From assembly GCA_964568045.1 (NCBI GenBank), contig CAZMOL010000001.1:2044-55813 (forward strand): a stretch of DNA of 53,770 nt, in the 5' to 3' direction. Both the position numbers and the translations under genes were made by a program. Shown here piece by piece: positions 34,530 through 42,374 of the stretch. The stretch is from an uncultured Thermotogae bacterium (lineage in GTDB: Bacteria > Bipolaricaulota > Bipolaricaulia > UBA7950 > UBA9294). Each line of letters begins with the position of its first letter. Position 1 is the first letter of the stretch. The notes under the pieces are model-generated. The model did no database searches, had not been told where the DNA came from, and saw only the letters and a program-made list of their open reading frames with translations.

Positions 34530-34809
34530 TCCTTCCCCTTTCTAGGTACATACCGCCAGGCAACAACCAAGATCAGGCCCAACGAATGGCCGTAGATCTT
34601 TCATTTGCTGGCTTGGACCACGACTTTTCATCTCTTCGGAAACCAGGTAAGCAGGGAAAGGATGGACTTCCCGCCCCTTATATCAGAATTGCGGTCTTGT
34701 CCTTCCTCCCGGATTCCTGGTTTCCCTATTGCGACACCGCAGGTGGACTCAGCTTTGGCTACCTCCTCAAAACAGTGGGGAGGCACCAAAGATGAGCGCT
34801 TGAAACGGA

Positions 34810-35013
34810 CTATTCCTTTGGCTTGTGCTGACGACGTGCCGCCGTAAGCGGCGCGACAGCGACCCACAGGGCGATATTGATCAACATCGCCATGATGTAG
34901 TCCAGCGGTTGCTGATTGAAATGCGGAGCGATTACCCGTGAAAGGAGCATCAAAAAGAAAGAGCTCAAGAAAAACCCGGGTACCGCTGCCAGGATGGCGA
35001 AGTACCCCCTCAT
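34810..35013 (-). CDS. hypothetical small membrane protein (2 TM)
   Basis: 67 aa with two hydrophobic segments and a basic C-terminus. ATG preceded by GAAAGGAGG. Confidence 0.4.
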   Translation of the reverse strand: MRGYFAILAAVPGFFLSSFFLMLLSRVIAPHFNQQPLDYIMAMLINIALWVAVAPLTAARRQHKPKE

Positions 35014-35134
35014 CGTGCACCTCCTTTCATGTGTAGGGACCTTTTCAGATCGTACACACGTCTATCTAGATTGCGCTAAGTAAAGCCGTTCGCCGCCATC
35101 GTGTCAAGCGGCTCATGGTCCCTCGGGCTCTTGC

Positions 35135-36100
35135 TTATTTTGCCAGTACTCGTGCCAGCTCGAGCAGACTCGGATCGAGGGGCATCTTTCGCCCGACAAC
35201 CTTGGCGAGTGGTGTAAAAGCAATCTCGCCTTTAAGCAAACCGACCAGCACTCCGTGTTCTTCTTTGGACAGTTGCTCGGTTGCTGCTGCGCCCAATCGC
35301 GTGCCAAGCAGTCGGTCAAACGCGCTGGGAGTACCACCACGCTGGACGTGGCCGAGGATCGTCACCCGCAGCTCAAAACCCAGCTGCTCCTGCTCAAAGA
35401 TCTGGGCGAGTCTTGTGGCGTTGTGCTGTGCCCCTTCGGCGACCACGACTAGTGCATGCGGCTTGCCGCGTTCGTAGGCCGATTGTAGCTGCCGCGCTAC
35501 TGCCTTGGGGTCGGTTTCAGACTCGGGGATCAGAATCGCCTCCGCGCCGCCGGCAATGCCGACCATCAACGCAAGATAGCCGCAGTCACGGCCCATCACC
35601 TCGACGACCGATGCCCGATGATGGGACGAGGCGGTGACCTTCAGCCGATCGATTGCTTCCAGGGCAACGTTGAGCGCGGTGTCCACTCCGATCGCCATCT
35701 CCGAGCCGTGAAGGTCGTTGTCGATCGTCGACGCTACCCCAACCACCGGGAGCCCTAACTGCGATAGCGCATGGGCCCCGGCCTGCGACCCGCTTCCACC
35801 GATGACCACCAGGGCTTCGATGCCGTGCTGGGAGAGCATCTGCAGCGCTTTCCGGCGGCCCTGCTCCGTCTCGAACTGGACACAGCGGGAGCTGCCGAGT
35901 ATCGTGCCGCCCTGTTGGATGATCCCTCCTACATCGCGTGCTCCCAGGGCCATGAAGTTGCCGACGATGAGCCCCGAATAACCGCTCCGCACGCCAAAGA
36001 CCTCCCATCCGTATTCAAGGCCCGTTCGAACGACGGCGCGAATGGCGGCGTTCATACCCGGCGCATCACCACCGCTGGTCAGCACAGCTATACGTTTCAT
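35135..36100 (-). CDS. pfkA: ATP-dependent 6-phosphofructokinase
   Basis: MKRIAVLTSGGDAPGMNAAIR..., GGDGS-like IGGSGS, and TILGHVQRGG. Start set to ATG 36100. Confidence 0.9.
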   Translation of the reverse strand: MKRIAVLTSGGDAPGMNAAIRAVVRTGLEYGWEVFGVRSGYSGLIVGNFMALGARDVGGIIQQGGTILGSSRCVQFETEQGRRKALQMLSQHGIEALVVIGGSGSQAGAHALSQLGLPVVGVASTIDNDLHGSEMAIGVDTALNVALEAIDRLKVTASSHHRASVVEVMGRDCGYLALMVGIAGGAEAILIPESETDPKAVARQLQSAYERGKPHALVVVAEGAQHNATRLAQIFEQEQLGFELRVTILGHVQRGGTPSAFDRLLGTRLGAAATEQLSKEEHGVLVGLLKGEIAFTPLAKVVGRKMPLDPSLLELARVLAK

Positions 36101-36258
36101 GATCATTGAGGTTTGTAGCCGATTTCGTGATCTGCGCGCAAGGTCGCTTGTGCGCAGACCTGCTTGCTTTTCCATTGGTGAGGTGCAGAAGACCCACGGC
36201 TTGACGGTATCTGCATTGCTGCGGATAGTGTTGGAAGCCAAACTCTCGGAGGTGGACG

Positions 36259-37404
36259 ATGTTTGGAAAGCGGATTACCCTGTTCAAGCTACTGGGGTTT
36301 GAGGTCAAGATCGATGTAAGCTGGCTGATTATCGCTGTTCTCATCACGTGGTCGCTCGCTCGCGCGGTCTTTCCCTCCTACTTCCAGGGGCTGTCCGGTA
36401 CGACGTATGTTCTGATGGGTGTTGTGGGTGCGTTGGGCCTGTTTTCCTCCATCGTGGTGCACGAGTTTTCCCATTCGCTCGTTGCGAGGCGGTTTGGCCT
36501 GTCGATGAAGGGGATCACGCTGTTCATCTTCGGCGGCGTGGCGGAGATGGAGGAAGAACCGCCGACGGCCAAGGCCGAATTCTTCATGGCGATCGCCGGC
36601 CCGTTGGCAAGCGTGATCTTGGGAGGCATCCTATACGGCATCACCGTCTTGGGTGCCCGAAGCGGTTGGCCGAACCCCATCATTGGCGTCCTCAGCTATC
36701 TGTGGTCGATCAATCTGGTGTTGGCCGCATTCAACCTGTTGCCGGCGTTTCCTCTGGATGGGGGACGGGTTCTGCGTTCCGCCCTGTGGGGCTTTACCGG
36801 TCGGCTGGCTTGGGCAACACGGATCGCATCGCTTATCGGCTCCGGATTCGGTTTTCTTCTGATCGCGATGGGCGTGGTGACTATCGTGCGGGGAGACTTC
36901 GTCGGTGGCATCTGGTGGTTCCTCATCGGGATGTTCGTGAGAAATGCCGCCCAGACCTCCTATCGACAGCTGGTGACCCGCCAGCTTCTTGAGGGGGAGC
37001 CTGTACGGCGCTTCATGGAAGGCAATCCCGTGACGGTCCCCTACCACATCTCTGTCGAGCAACTCGTGGAGGATTACGTCTACAAACACCACTTCAAGAT
37101 GTACCCGGTCGTGCAGGAGGAAAAGCTCGTGGGTTGTGTTACGACTCGCGACGTGAAGATGATCCCGCGGGAGGAGTGGGATCAGCACACGGTAAAAGAA
37201 GTCTCTACTGCATGTTCGCCAGAGAACACGATTGCCTCGGATGCCGACGCGACCGATGCGCTCGCCCTCATGAGCCGAACCGGTAACAGCCGACTGATGG
37301 TGGTTGACGGGGAACGGCTGGTGGGAATCATTGCGTTGAAAGATCTTCTCGAGTTCCTGTCCCTGAAAATGGACCTCGAGGGCAAAGCCCTCGAACGCCA
37401 ATAG
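36259..37404 (+). CDS. site-2 protease family (M50) zinc metalloprotease with CBS pair
   Basis: HEFSH zinc motif, NLLPAFPLDGGR second motif, multiple TM segments, and two C-terminal CBS-like repeats. Confidence 0.85.
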   Translation: MFGKRITLFKLLGFEVKIDVSWLIIAVLITWSLARAVFPSYFQGLSGTTYVLMGVVGALGLFSSIVVHEFSHSLVARRFGLSMKGITLFIFGGVAEMEEEPPTAKAEFFMAIAGPLASVILGGILYGITVLGARSGWPNPIIGVLSYLWSINLVLAAFNLLPAFPLDGGRVLRSALWGFTGRLAWATRIASLIGSGFGFLLIAMGVVTIVRGDFVGGIWWFLIGMFVRNAAQTSYRQLVTRQLLEGEPVRRFMEGNPVTVPYHISVEQLVEDYVYKHHFKMYPVVQEEKLVGCVTTRDVKMIPREEWDQHTVKEVSTACSPENTIASDADATDALALMSRTGNSRLMVVDGERLVGIIALKDLLEFLSLKMDLEGKALERQ

Positions 37405-37471
37405 CGCTTATCCGCGATTTATTTTGAAGGGGCCTCAGACTACCCCAAGATTCGCTGCGATCGTAGTAGTC

Positions 37472-38176
37472 CTATTCCTCACTTGGTTCGAGGACGTACT
37501 TATCCTTGTACCGGCGGGTCCACTCGTCAAGACCACCGAAGAGACTCTTTGCCTCGTAGAAACCGGCCTCTTCCAGAGTCTGCGCGGCTTGGTCGCTCAA
37601 TGAGCCGTCCTCGTCGTAGAGAATGATGAGGACCCGTGGCAATCGGTCGATCCACTCCTCAAGCTGTGCATAGGGGATGTTGATCGCTCCCATGAGGTGG
37701 CCTGCGGCGTACTCCTCAGCCTCTCGCAGGTCGATCAGCAGATAGAATAGCCAGTGAAGATCAGCGCTGGTGATCTGATAGGCTTGGACCTCAATCTGCT
37801 TCATGGACCCTTTCATGCGGAGGAGTAGCTCTGGGCTTTCGGGGTCGTTCGAATAGACGGTAATGCTCTTGTTGATGGTCGTTATACCTAAACCGGCTGT
37901 ATCCAACACTGCTTCCAGCTGTGCTGTCTCTCCCGGGGCCAATTCGGTCTTGGAGAGAGAGGGGATCGTGGTACATCCACACCACGGATTGACCTTTTCT
38001 ATTACGAGGGTTTCATCCCCCGCGTTGCTGAGGATGAAGGTGTGAGTCACAAGATCTCCCTCCCTGACTTCGCCGAAATCGAGGGTGGCGTTGTCCACCT
38101 CGATCTTGGGGGCCGCAGCGACGATGAGTCCTGCACCAAGAATCGAGAGCAGAAATACGATCACGATCTTCTTCAT
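37472..38176 (-). CDS. DUF1573 domain protein fused to a rhodanese-like domain
   Basis: Signal peptide. FGEVREGDLVTHTFILSNAGDETLVIEKVNPWCGCTT is DUF1573-like. C-terminal rhodanese-like fold (LIDLREAEEYAAGHLMGAINIP...). Confidence 0.75.
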   Translation of the reverse strand: MKKIVIVFLLSILGAGLIVAAAPKIEVDNATLDFGEVREGDLVTHTFILSNAGDETLVIEKVNPWCGCTTIPSLSKTELAPGETAQLEAVLDTAGLGITTINKSITVYSNDPESPELLLRMKGSMKQIEVQAYQITSADLHWLFYLLIDLREAEEYAAGHLMGAINIPYAQLEEWIDRLPRVLIILYDEDGSLSDQAAQTLEEAGFYEAKSLFGGLDEWTRRYKDKYVLEPSEE

Positions 38177-38196
38177 CTATTTCCTCCTTTGTTTGA

Positions 38197-38823
38197 TCAT
38201 AGCCAGGGTTCGATTGCCGCGTTCGTGAGGCGGGCCGGATGGCCGGAGTAGCGGATGATCCCATCCCGATCGATGACAAACGTCCGTGGAATCCCAAAAA
38301 CGCCATAAAGCCCGGCCACTTGCTTGGCGGCAGCAAGCGACTCCCACAGGCCGATGAACTCCTCGTAGCCGTTTCTCTCCAGGTATCTTCTGGCGTCTTC
38401 TCCGCTGCGGTCAAGGCTTACGCTGACCACTACCAAGCCCTTATCCTGATAGTGTGCACGCAGGGCCTCGAGGCCTGGCATGGAGGCGCGGCATGGACTG
38501 CACCAAGTCGCCCAGAAATCAAGGACTACCACACGGTTGCGGAAGTCGGACAGAGCAACCTCCCCGCCGTTGAGCTTTGCCAGGGTGAATTCCGGTGCCA
38601 GTTGCTCCACTCGGTTTCCCACTGGGACGTCCAACGCTTCAGGCTGCTCCTCGTCCAGCGTGTAGAGTACCGACTCTTCCGTGTCCGAGATATCCCGCAC
38701 GGGGGGTCGTTTCACAAGACGGTCTACGGAGATGCCAACTCCGATTGCTACGATCAATACCGTGGCAAGTAGAAGCAACCAGCGCCAACGCTTCATCCAC
38801 CCGCCCTTCGCTTTCTGTTTCAT
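38197..38823 (-). CDS. TlpA/ResA-like thiol:disulfide oxidoreductase (thioredoxin fold, membrane-anchored)
   Basis: WATWCSPC active site and an N-terminal TM anchor. Start set to ATG 38823 (MKQKAKGGW). Confidence 0.8.
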   Translation of the reverse strand: MKQKAKGGWMKRWRWLLLLATVLIVAIGVGISVDRLVKRPPVRDISDTEESVLYTLDEEQPEALDVPVGNRVEQLAPEFTLAKLNGGEVALSDFRNRVVVLDFWATWCSPCRASMPGLEALRAHYQDKGLVVVSVSLDRSGEDARRYLERNGYEEFIGLWESLAAAKQVAGLYGVFGIPRTFVIDRDGIIRYSGHPARLTNAAIEPWL

Positions 38824-39242
38824 GGCTGATTCTTTCCTCATAAATGAGAACAACAACCAGGCAGAGTAGCCCTTACGGCGCCCTCCTGGTTATCTTACTC
38901 TAGTTGGAGGCTCCTTTCCGGCGAAACGGCTTCTCTGTAGGAGGTCTTATCTCCTCTCTTCAAGGCAACCGGGCATGTGGCCTGGCCTTCCTGCCGGTAG
39001 GAAAGGTGCGTCTTCTTCCTGCCAAACGGCGTTTTAGGCGAAATAAGGACTTGGTGCACCGCATTCCTCCCACTGGGCTCAGAGCTTAGTGGCGCGGTGT
39101 GAAAATCCTGTGAAGAAAGCGTGCAGTGATGTGGAAGCTTGGCGTCCTTCACACGTGACCTTCGTCGTGCGAATGACCGGAATGACCGTTCGAAGATGAG
39201 GCCAACCTTTCTTTAAGCAAGAGCCTCGGTTGAGGGGTACCA

Positions 39243-40166
39243 TTGAACGCAAGCTTGGAGGATCCAAGACGTAGGGAAGGGGTGCGTTTCGTGGCGCAGC
39301 TCACCGTGGAGACGGTCGATCAGGTGCTCGATGTGCTCGTCACTCAACACGTGAACGAGCTTGACCTTCGCCACGTTACGTTTATCGACCCCTACGCGTT
39401 GCTGCTGCTTGTGCTCGGGATTCGGCACTGCTTGGAGGAGGGCGCGCGCTTGGCCATTCAGTGGCCGCAGCGCCCGGCGGTCTATCGGTGGATGAACGCC
39501 GCGGGGTTCTTTGCTCAAGTAGAGGGCCCTACTCCTGCGCCGTCCACGGGGTCGTGGCGAACCTCTGACGCCCTTCAGCCGATCACCCCGATCACCGAAG
39601 AACAGGAGGTTTCCCGGCTGGTGGAAGCGTTCGACCATCGCCTTGCGCAGCGGTATCCACTCACCACCACTTCGCGCAACGCGCTTGTCAGGATCATGAT
39701 CGAACTGTTCCAGAACATCCCCCAACACAGCAATGCCACCGGGAAGATCGTGGATCCCTGCGGGCTGGCTGCGATGCAAGACTATGCGGATTCCATCTTC
39801 CTTGCTGTGGCGGACAAGGGAGTCGGCTTGCGTGGAAGCCTCTCCCTGCGAGCGGAGTTTGCCGGCCTCAGCGATAAGCGCGCCCTTGACGCAATTGTGT
39901 TTGAGGGGATCAGTCGGTTTGCCGATCCCGGACGGGGCGGCGAACTGCTCCGGATCGCCCGACTGATTCGAAACTGGGACGGAATGCTTGCCATTCGCAG
40001 TGGTGAAGCGTGCCTGATCGCGGATGCGGAGCGCGGCGATGTGTACGATGCACCGGCCTTTCCCGGGGTGCAGATCGCTGTGCGGCTGCCGCGGCAGGTG
40101 TTTGGAATCGACGCCCCACCGATTGACAGGGAAGCGTTCACCGAGTTCAATGAACAAAATGCATGA
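39243..40166 (+). CDS. STAS-like domain fused to GHKL (SpoIIAB/RsbW-like) ATPase/kinase
   Basis: N-terminal STAS-like segment (LDLRHVTFIDPYALLLLV). GHKL boxes: N box IELFQNIPQHS, G1 VADKGVGL, G2 DPGRGGEL. TTG start. Confidence 0.7.
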   Translation: MNASLEDPRRREGVRFVAQLTVETVDQVLDVLVTQHVNELDLRHVTFIDPYALLLLVLGIRHCLEEGARLAIQWPQRPAVYRWMNAAGFFAQVEGPTPAPSTGSWRTSDALQPITPITEEQEVSRLVEAFDHRLAQRYPLTTTSRNALVRIMIELFQNIPQHSNATGKIVDPCGLAAMQDYADSIFLAVADKGVGLRGSLSLRAEFAGLSDKRALDAIVFEGISRFADPGRGGELLRIARLIRNWDGMLAIRSGEACLIADAERGDVYDAPAFPGVQIAVRLPRQVFGIDAPPIDREAFTEFNEQNA

Positions 40167-40710
40167 GCGAATGTTCGCCATTGCGCCGTTTGGCACCCGT
40201 CTTGGGACGAGGCTCGAAGGGAAAGCGGCACGCGAGCAGCTGCTTGCCACGCTGGTCGAGCTTCCCCAGCCGGGGCGTCTGGTGATCCTGCTGGACGACG
40301 TCGAGGTGTTGAGTGGCTCATTTGCCGATGAGGCGATCGCTATCCCATACAGTCGACTTGCCGCCGGGGAATATGGCGATCGCTACGTGGTCCTGCGGGC
40401 TGCCTCTGCGGAGATCACCGACGATCTGTCGCACAAGCTCGAACGTCGCCGCCTTGCTGTGCTCTGCTTGACCGATGACAAGTGGAGTGTAGTTGGACTG
40501 TTGCCCACGATGATGCAGGAGACCCTCGCTCTTGTCATCGAGCGTGGAGAGACCACTGCAAGGCAACTCGCCGAAGCGCTGAATATCCGTCATAACGCCT
40601 GTCTCCACCGCGTTTCTCGCCTAGCGCAGTTGCGCCTTATTCGTCGCGAAGCGGTCGGTTTTGTCGGCCCTCATCAGAGTTACCGCCTGTTTTCTATCCT
40701 CTCCCCTTGA
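40150..40710 (+). CDS. STAS-like (DUF4325-type) domain protein with C-terminal winged HTH
   Basis: GRLVILLDDVEVLSGSFADEA is DUF4325-like. The C-terminal ETTARQLAEALNIRHNACLHRVSRLAQLRLIRRE is wHTH-like. Start ambiguous (ATG 40150, 40159 or 40171), overlapping or abutting the upstream stop. Confidence 0.65.
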   Translation: MNKMHERMFAIAPFGTRLGTRLEGKAAREQLLATLVELPQPGRLVILLDDVEVLSGSFADEAIAIPYSRLAAGEYGDRYVVLRAASAEITDDLSHKLERRRLAVLCLTDDKWSVVGLLPTMMQETLALVIERGETTARQLAEALNIRHNACLHRVSRLAQLRLIRREAVGFVGPHQSYRLFSILSP

Positions 40711-40739
40711 CAGTCGCCTGTTCAGTCTGTACACTGAAC
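40707..40739 (+). promoter_or_regulatory. sigma70-like promoter with an overlapping 7-6-7 palindromic operator upstream of the small-ORF-dinB operon
   Basis: TTGACA (40707..40712), a 17-nt spacer, then TACACT (40730..40735). There is a perfect inverted repeat GTTCAGT (40720..40726) - ctgtac - ACTGAAC (40733..40739). Confidence 0.45.
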
Positions 40740-40752
40740 GAGGTGGACGTCC

Positions 40753-41007
40753 ATGTATCAACCGGTTCAAGAGCCCATCGACGCTTATGTCATCTACAAT
40801 CGCGGGGCCCCGCACCCCCTATTGCGCGCGTTTCGGTGGGGCAATCGGCGTTTTGACGTCACCGCCACCAACTTGGTGTACCCGGAGCGCGATGGAGAGA
40901 CGCACTTCTTCTGTTATTCGGTGAGCTGTGGGGCGAACCAGTTTCGCATCCGCTTAAATGCGAATCGCTGCCTGTGGACGCTGGAGGCCATCGACGCGGA
41001 GGGCTGA
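40753..41007 (+). CDS. hypothetical small protein co-transcribed with dinB
   Basis: 84 aa with RBS GAGGTGG. Its stop lies 15 nt before the dinB ATG. No family recognised. Confidence 0.55.
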   Translation: MYQPVQEPIDAYVIYNRGAPHPLLRAFRWGNRRFDVTATNLVYPERDGETHFFCYSVSCGANQFRIRLNANRCLWTLEAIDAEG

Positions 41008-41022
41008 ACGGAGGGCGCCGAC

Positions 41023-42252
41023 ATGTCGCGGATTATCGTACACCTGGATATGGATGCCTACTTCGCCTCGGTGGAACAGCAGGCGAATCCGTCCCTGCGT
41101 GGCAAACCGATTGGCGTGACCGGAAAGCCGCACGAGCGGTCGATTGTCGTTGCCGTGTCGCGTGAGGCAAAGTGCTACGGGCTCAAGACCGGCATGCCGA
41201 TGTGGGAGGCACGTCGTCTCTGTCCCCGCCTCATCCTCGTTCCCGGGAGTATGTCACGCTATATTGAGGTCACCAAACGGTTCCTGACCATTCTCAAAAA
41301 CTACACCGCCGCGCTGGAGGTGTTCAGCATCGACGAGGTGTTCATGGACGTCACTCAAGAGGCCTCCCGCTATGGAGGGGCTGTCCCGATGGCCACACGA
41401 ATCAAGGAGGAATTCCGTGAGGCCCTCGGGCCGTGCATCACGGCAACACTTGGGATCGCCTCCAATAAGACGATGGCCAAGCTAATCGCCAAGCGGCACA
41501 AGCCGGACGGGATTGGCGAACTGCGGGCCGAACAGCTCGCAGAACTGCTCGCGACCACGCCAGTGGGCGAGGTGTGCGGCATCGGCAGGAGAATCGAGAT
41601 CCGTCTTGCCAAGGTGGGAATCCACACCATGGCCGACCTAGGGCGGGCACCGGACGATTACTTGAAGCGGGAGTTCGGGGTATACGGCCTCTTTCTGAAG
41701 GAGATTGGCCAAGGGCGCGACTCCAGTCCCGTGATTCCCTACACGACGGTCGTTCCGGTGAAATCGGTCGGCCATTCCAGATCCCTTCCGCCGCGGCTGC
41801 GGTCCATTGAGTTGGCTCTGCTTGTGCTGCGTGGTCTGTGCGACAGAGTGGGGCGGCGGATGCGCAAGCTGGGGGTGGTCGGTCGCACGGTCTACTCCGG
41901 CTTTCGACTCGGAGCACTCGAAGGGCATTGTGGCAAACAGACCACCCTTGCCTGCCCCACCGACGACGGGGAGACGATCTACCGAGCATGTCTGGCCATC
42001 CACCGGGCGATGGCGCTGCAGCCCGAAGCCGTTTCGTATGTCGGGGTCTCAGTGCGCAACCTCACCGAAAAAGCGAGTCTTCCCGGACAGCTGTTGCAGG
42101 AAGACCACCGCCAGGAGCGGTTAAACCGTGCGATCGATCGGATCCGCGATCGCTTCGGTGAGGGCGCGATCGTCACTGGAGAGACGCTTCTGTTTGAGGC
42201 GATTCCCGAACACGTCGGCGGATACGCGCAAGGGGAAGAGTGGGTGTTCTAA
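41023..42252 (+). CDS. dinB: DNA polymerase IV (Y-family)
   Basis: Starts IIVHLDMDAYFASVEQ, with SIDEVFMDVT and little-finger region. 409 aa. RBS GGAGGG. Confidence 0.9.
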   Translation: MSRIIVHLDMDAYFASVEQQANPSLRGKPIGVTGKPHERSIVVAVSREAKCYGLKTGMPMWEARRLCPRLILVPGSMSRYIEVTKRFLTILKNYTAALEVFSIDEVFMDVTQEASRYGGAVPMATRIKEEFREALGPCITATLGIASNKTMAKLIAKRHKPDGIGELRAEQLAELLATTPVGEVCGIGRRIEIRLAKVGIHTMADLGRAPDDYLKREFGVYGLFLKEIGQGRDSSPVIPYTTVVPVKSVGHSRSLPPRLRSIELALLVLRGLCDRVGRRMRKLGVVGRTVYSGFRLGALEGHCGKQTTLACPTDDGETIYRACLAIHRAMALQPEAVSYVGVSVRNLTEKASLPGQLLQEDHRQERLNRAIDRIRDRFGEGAIVTGETLLFEAIPEHVGGYAQGEEWVF

Positions 42253-42328
42253 GCCCCACAGAGCCTCGGTGCCGAACGATCCGCCTTTGTGATCCTATCA
42301 AATGAGGCCGAGCAATCTGTTTTATCGG

Positions 42329-42337
42329 TGATACAAT
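42329..42337 (+). promoter_or_regulatory. possible extended -10 promoter element for the trehalose gene
   Basis: TGaTACAAT at 42329..42337, with no good -35. AAAGGAGG lies about 12 nt before the TTG start at 42375. Confidence 0.3.
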
Positions 42338-42374
42338 GAGAGAGATCAAGGGCTAAAGGAGGTTTTAGAATCCT

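Noticed and set aside
39213-40250. 345-aa minus-strand ORF covering the STAS-GHKL gene
   Set aside because: The plus-strand frame carries recognisable GHKL boxes. The antisense product is Arg/Pro/Gly-rich and lacks an RBS.
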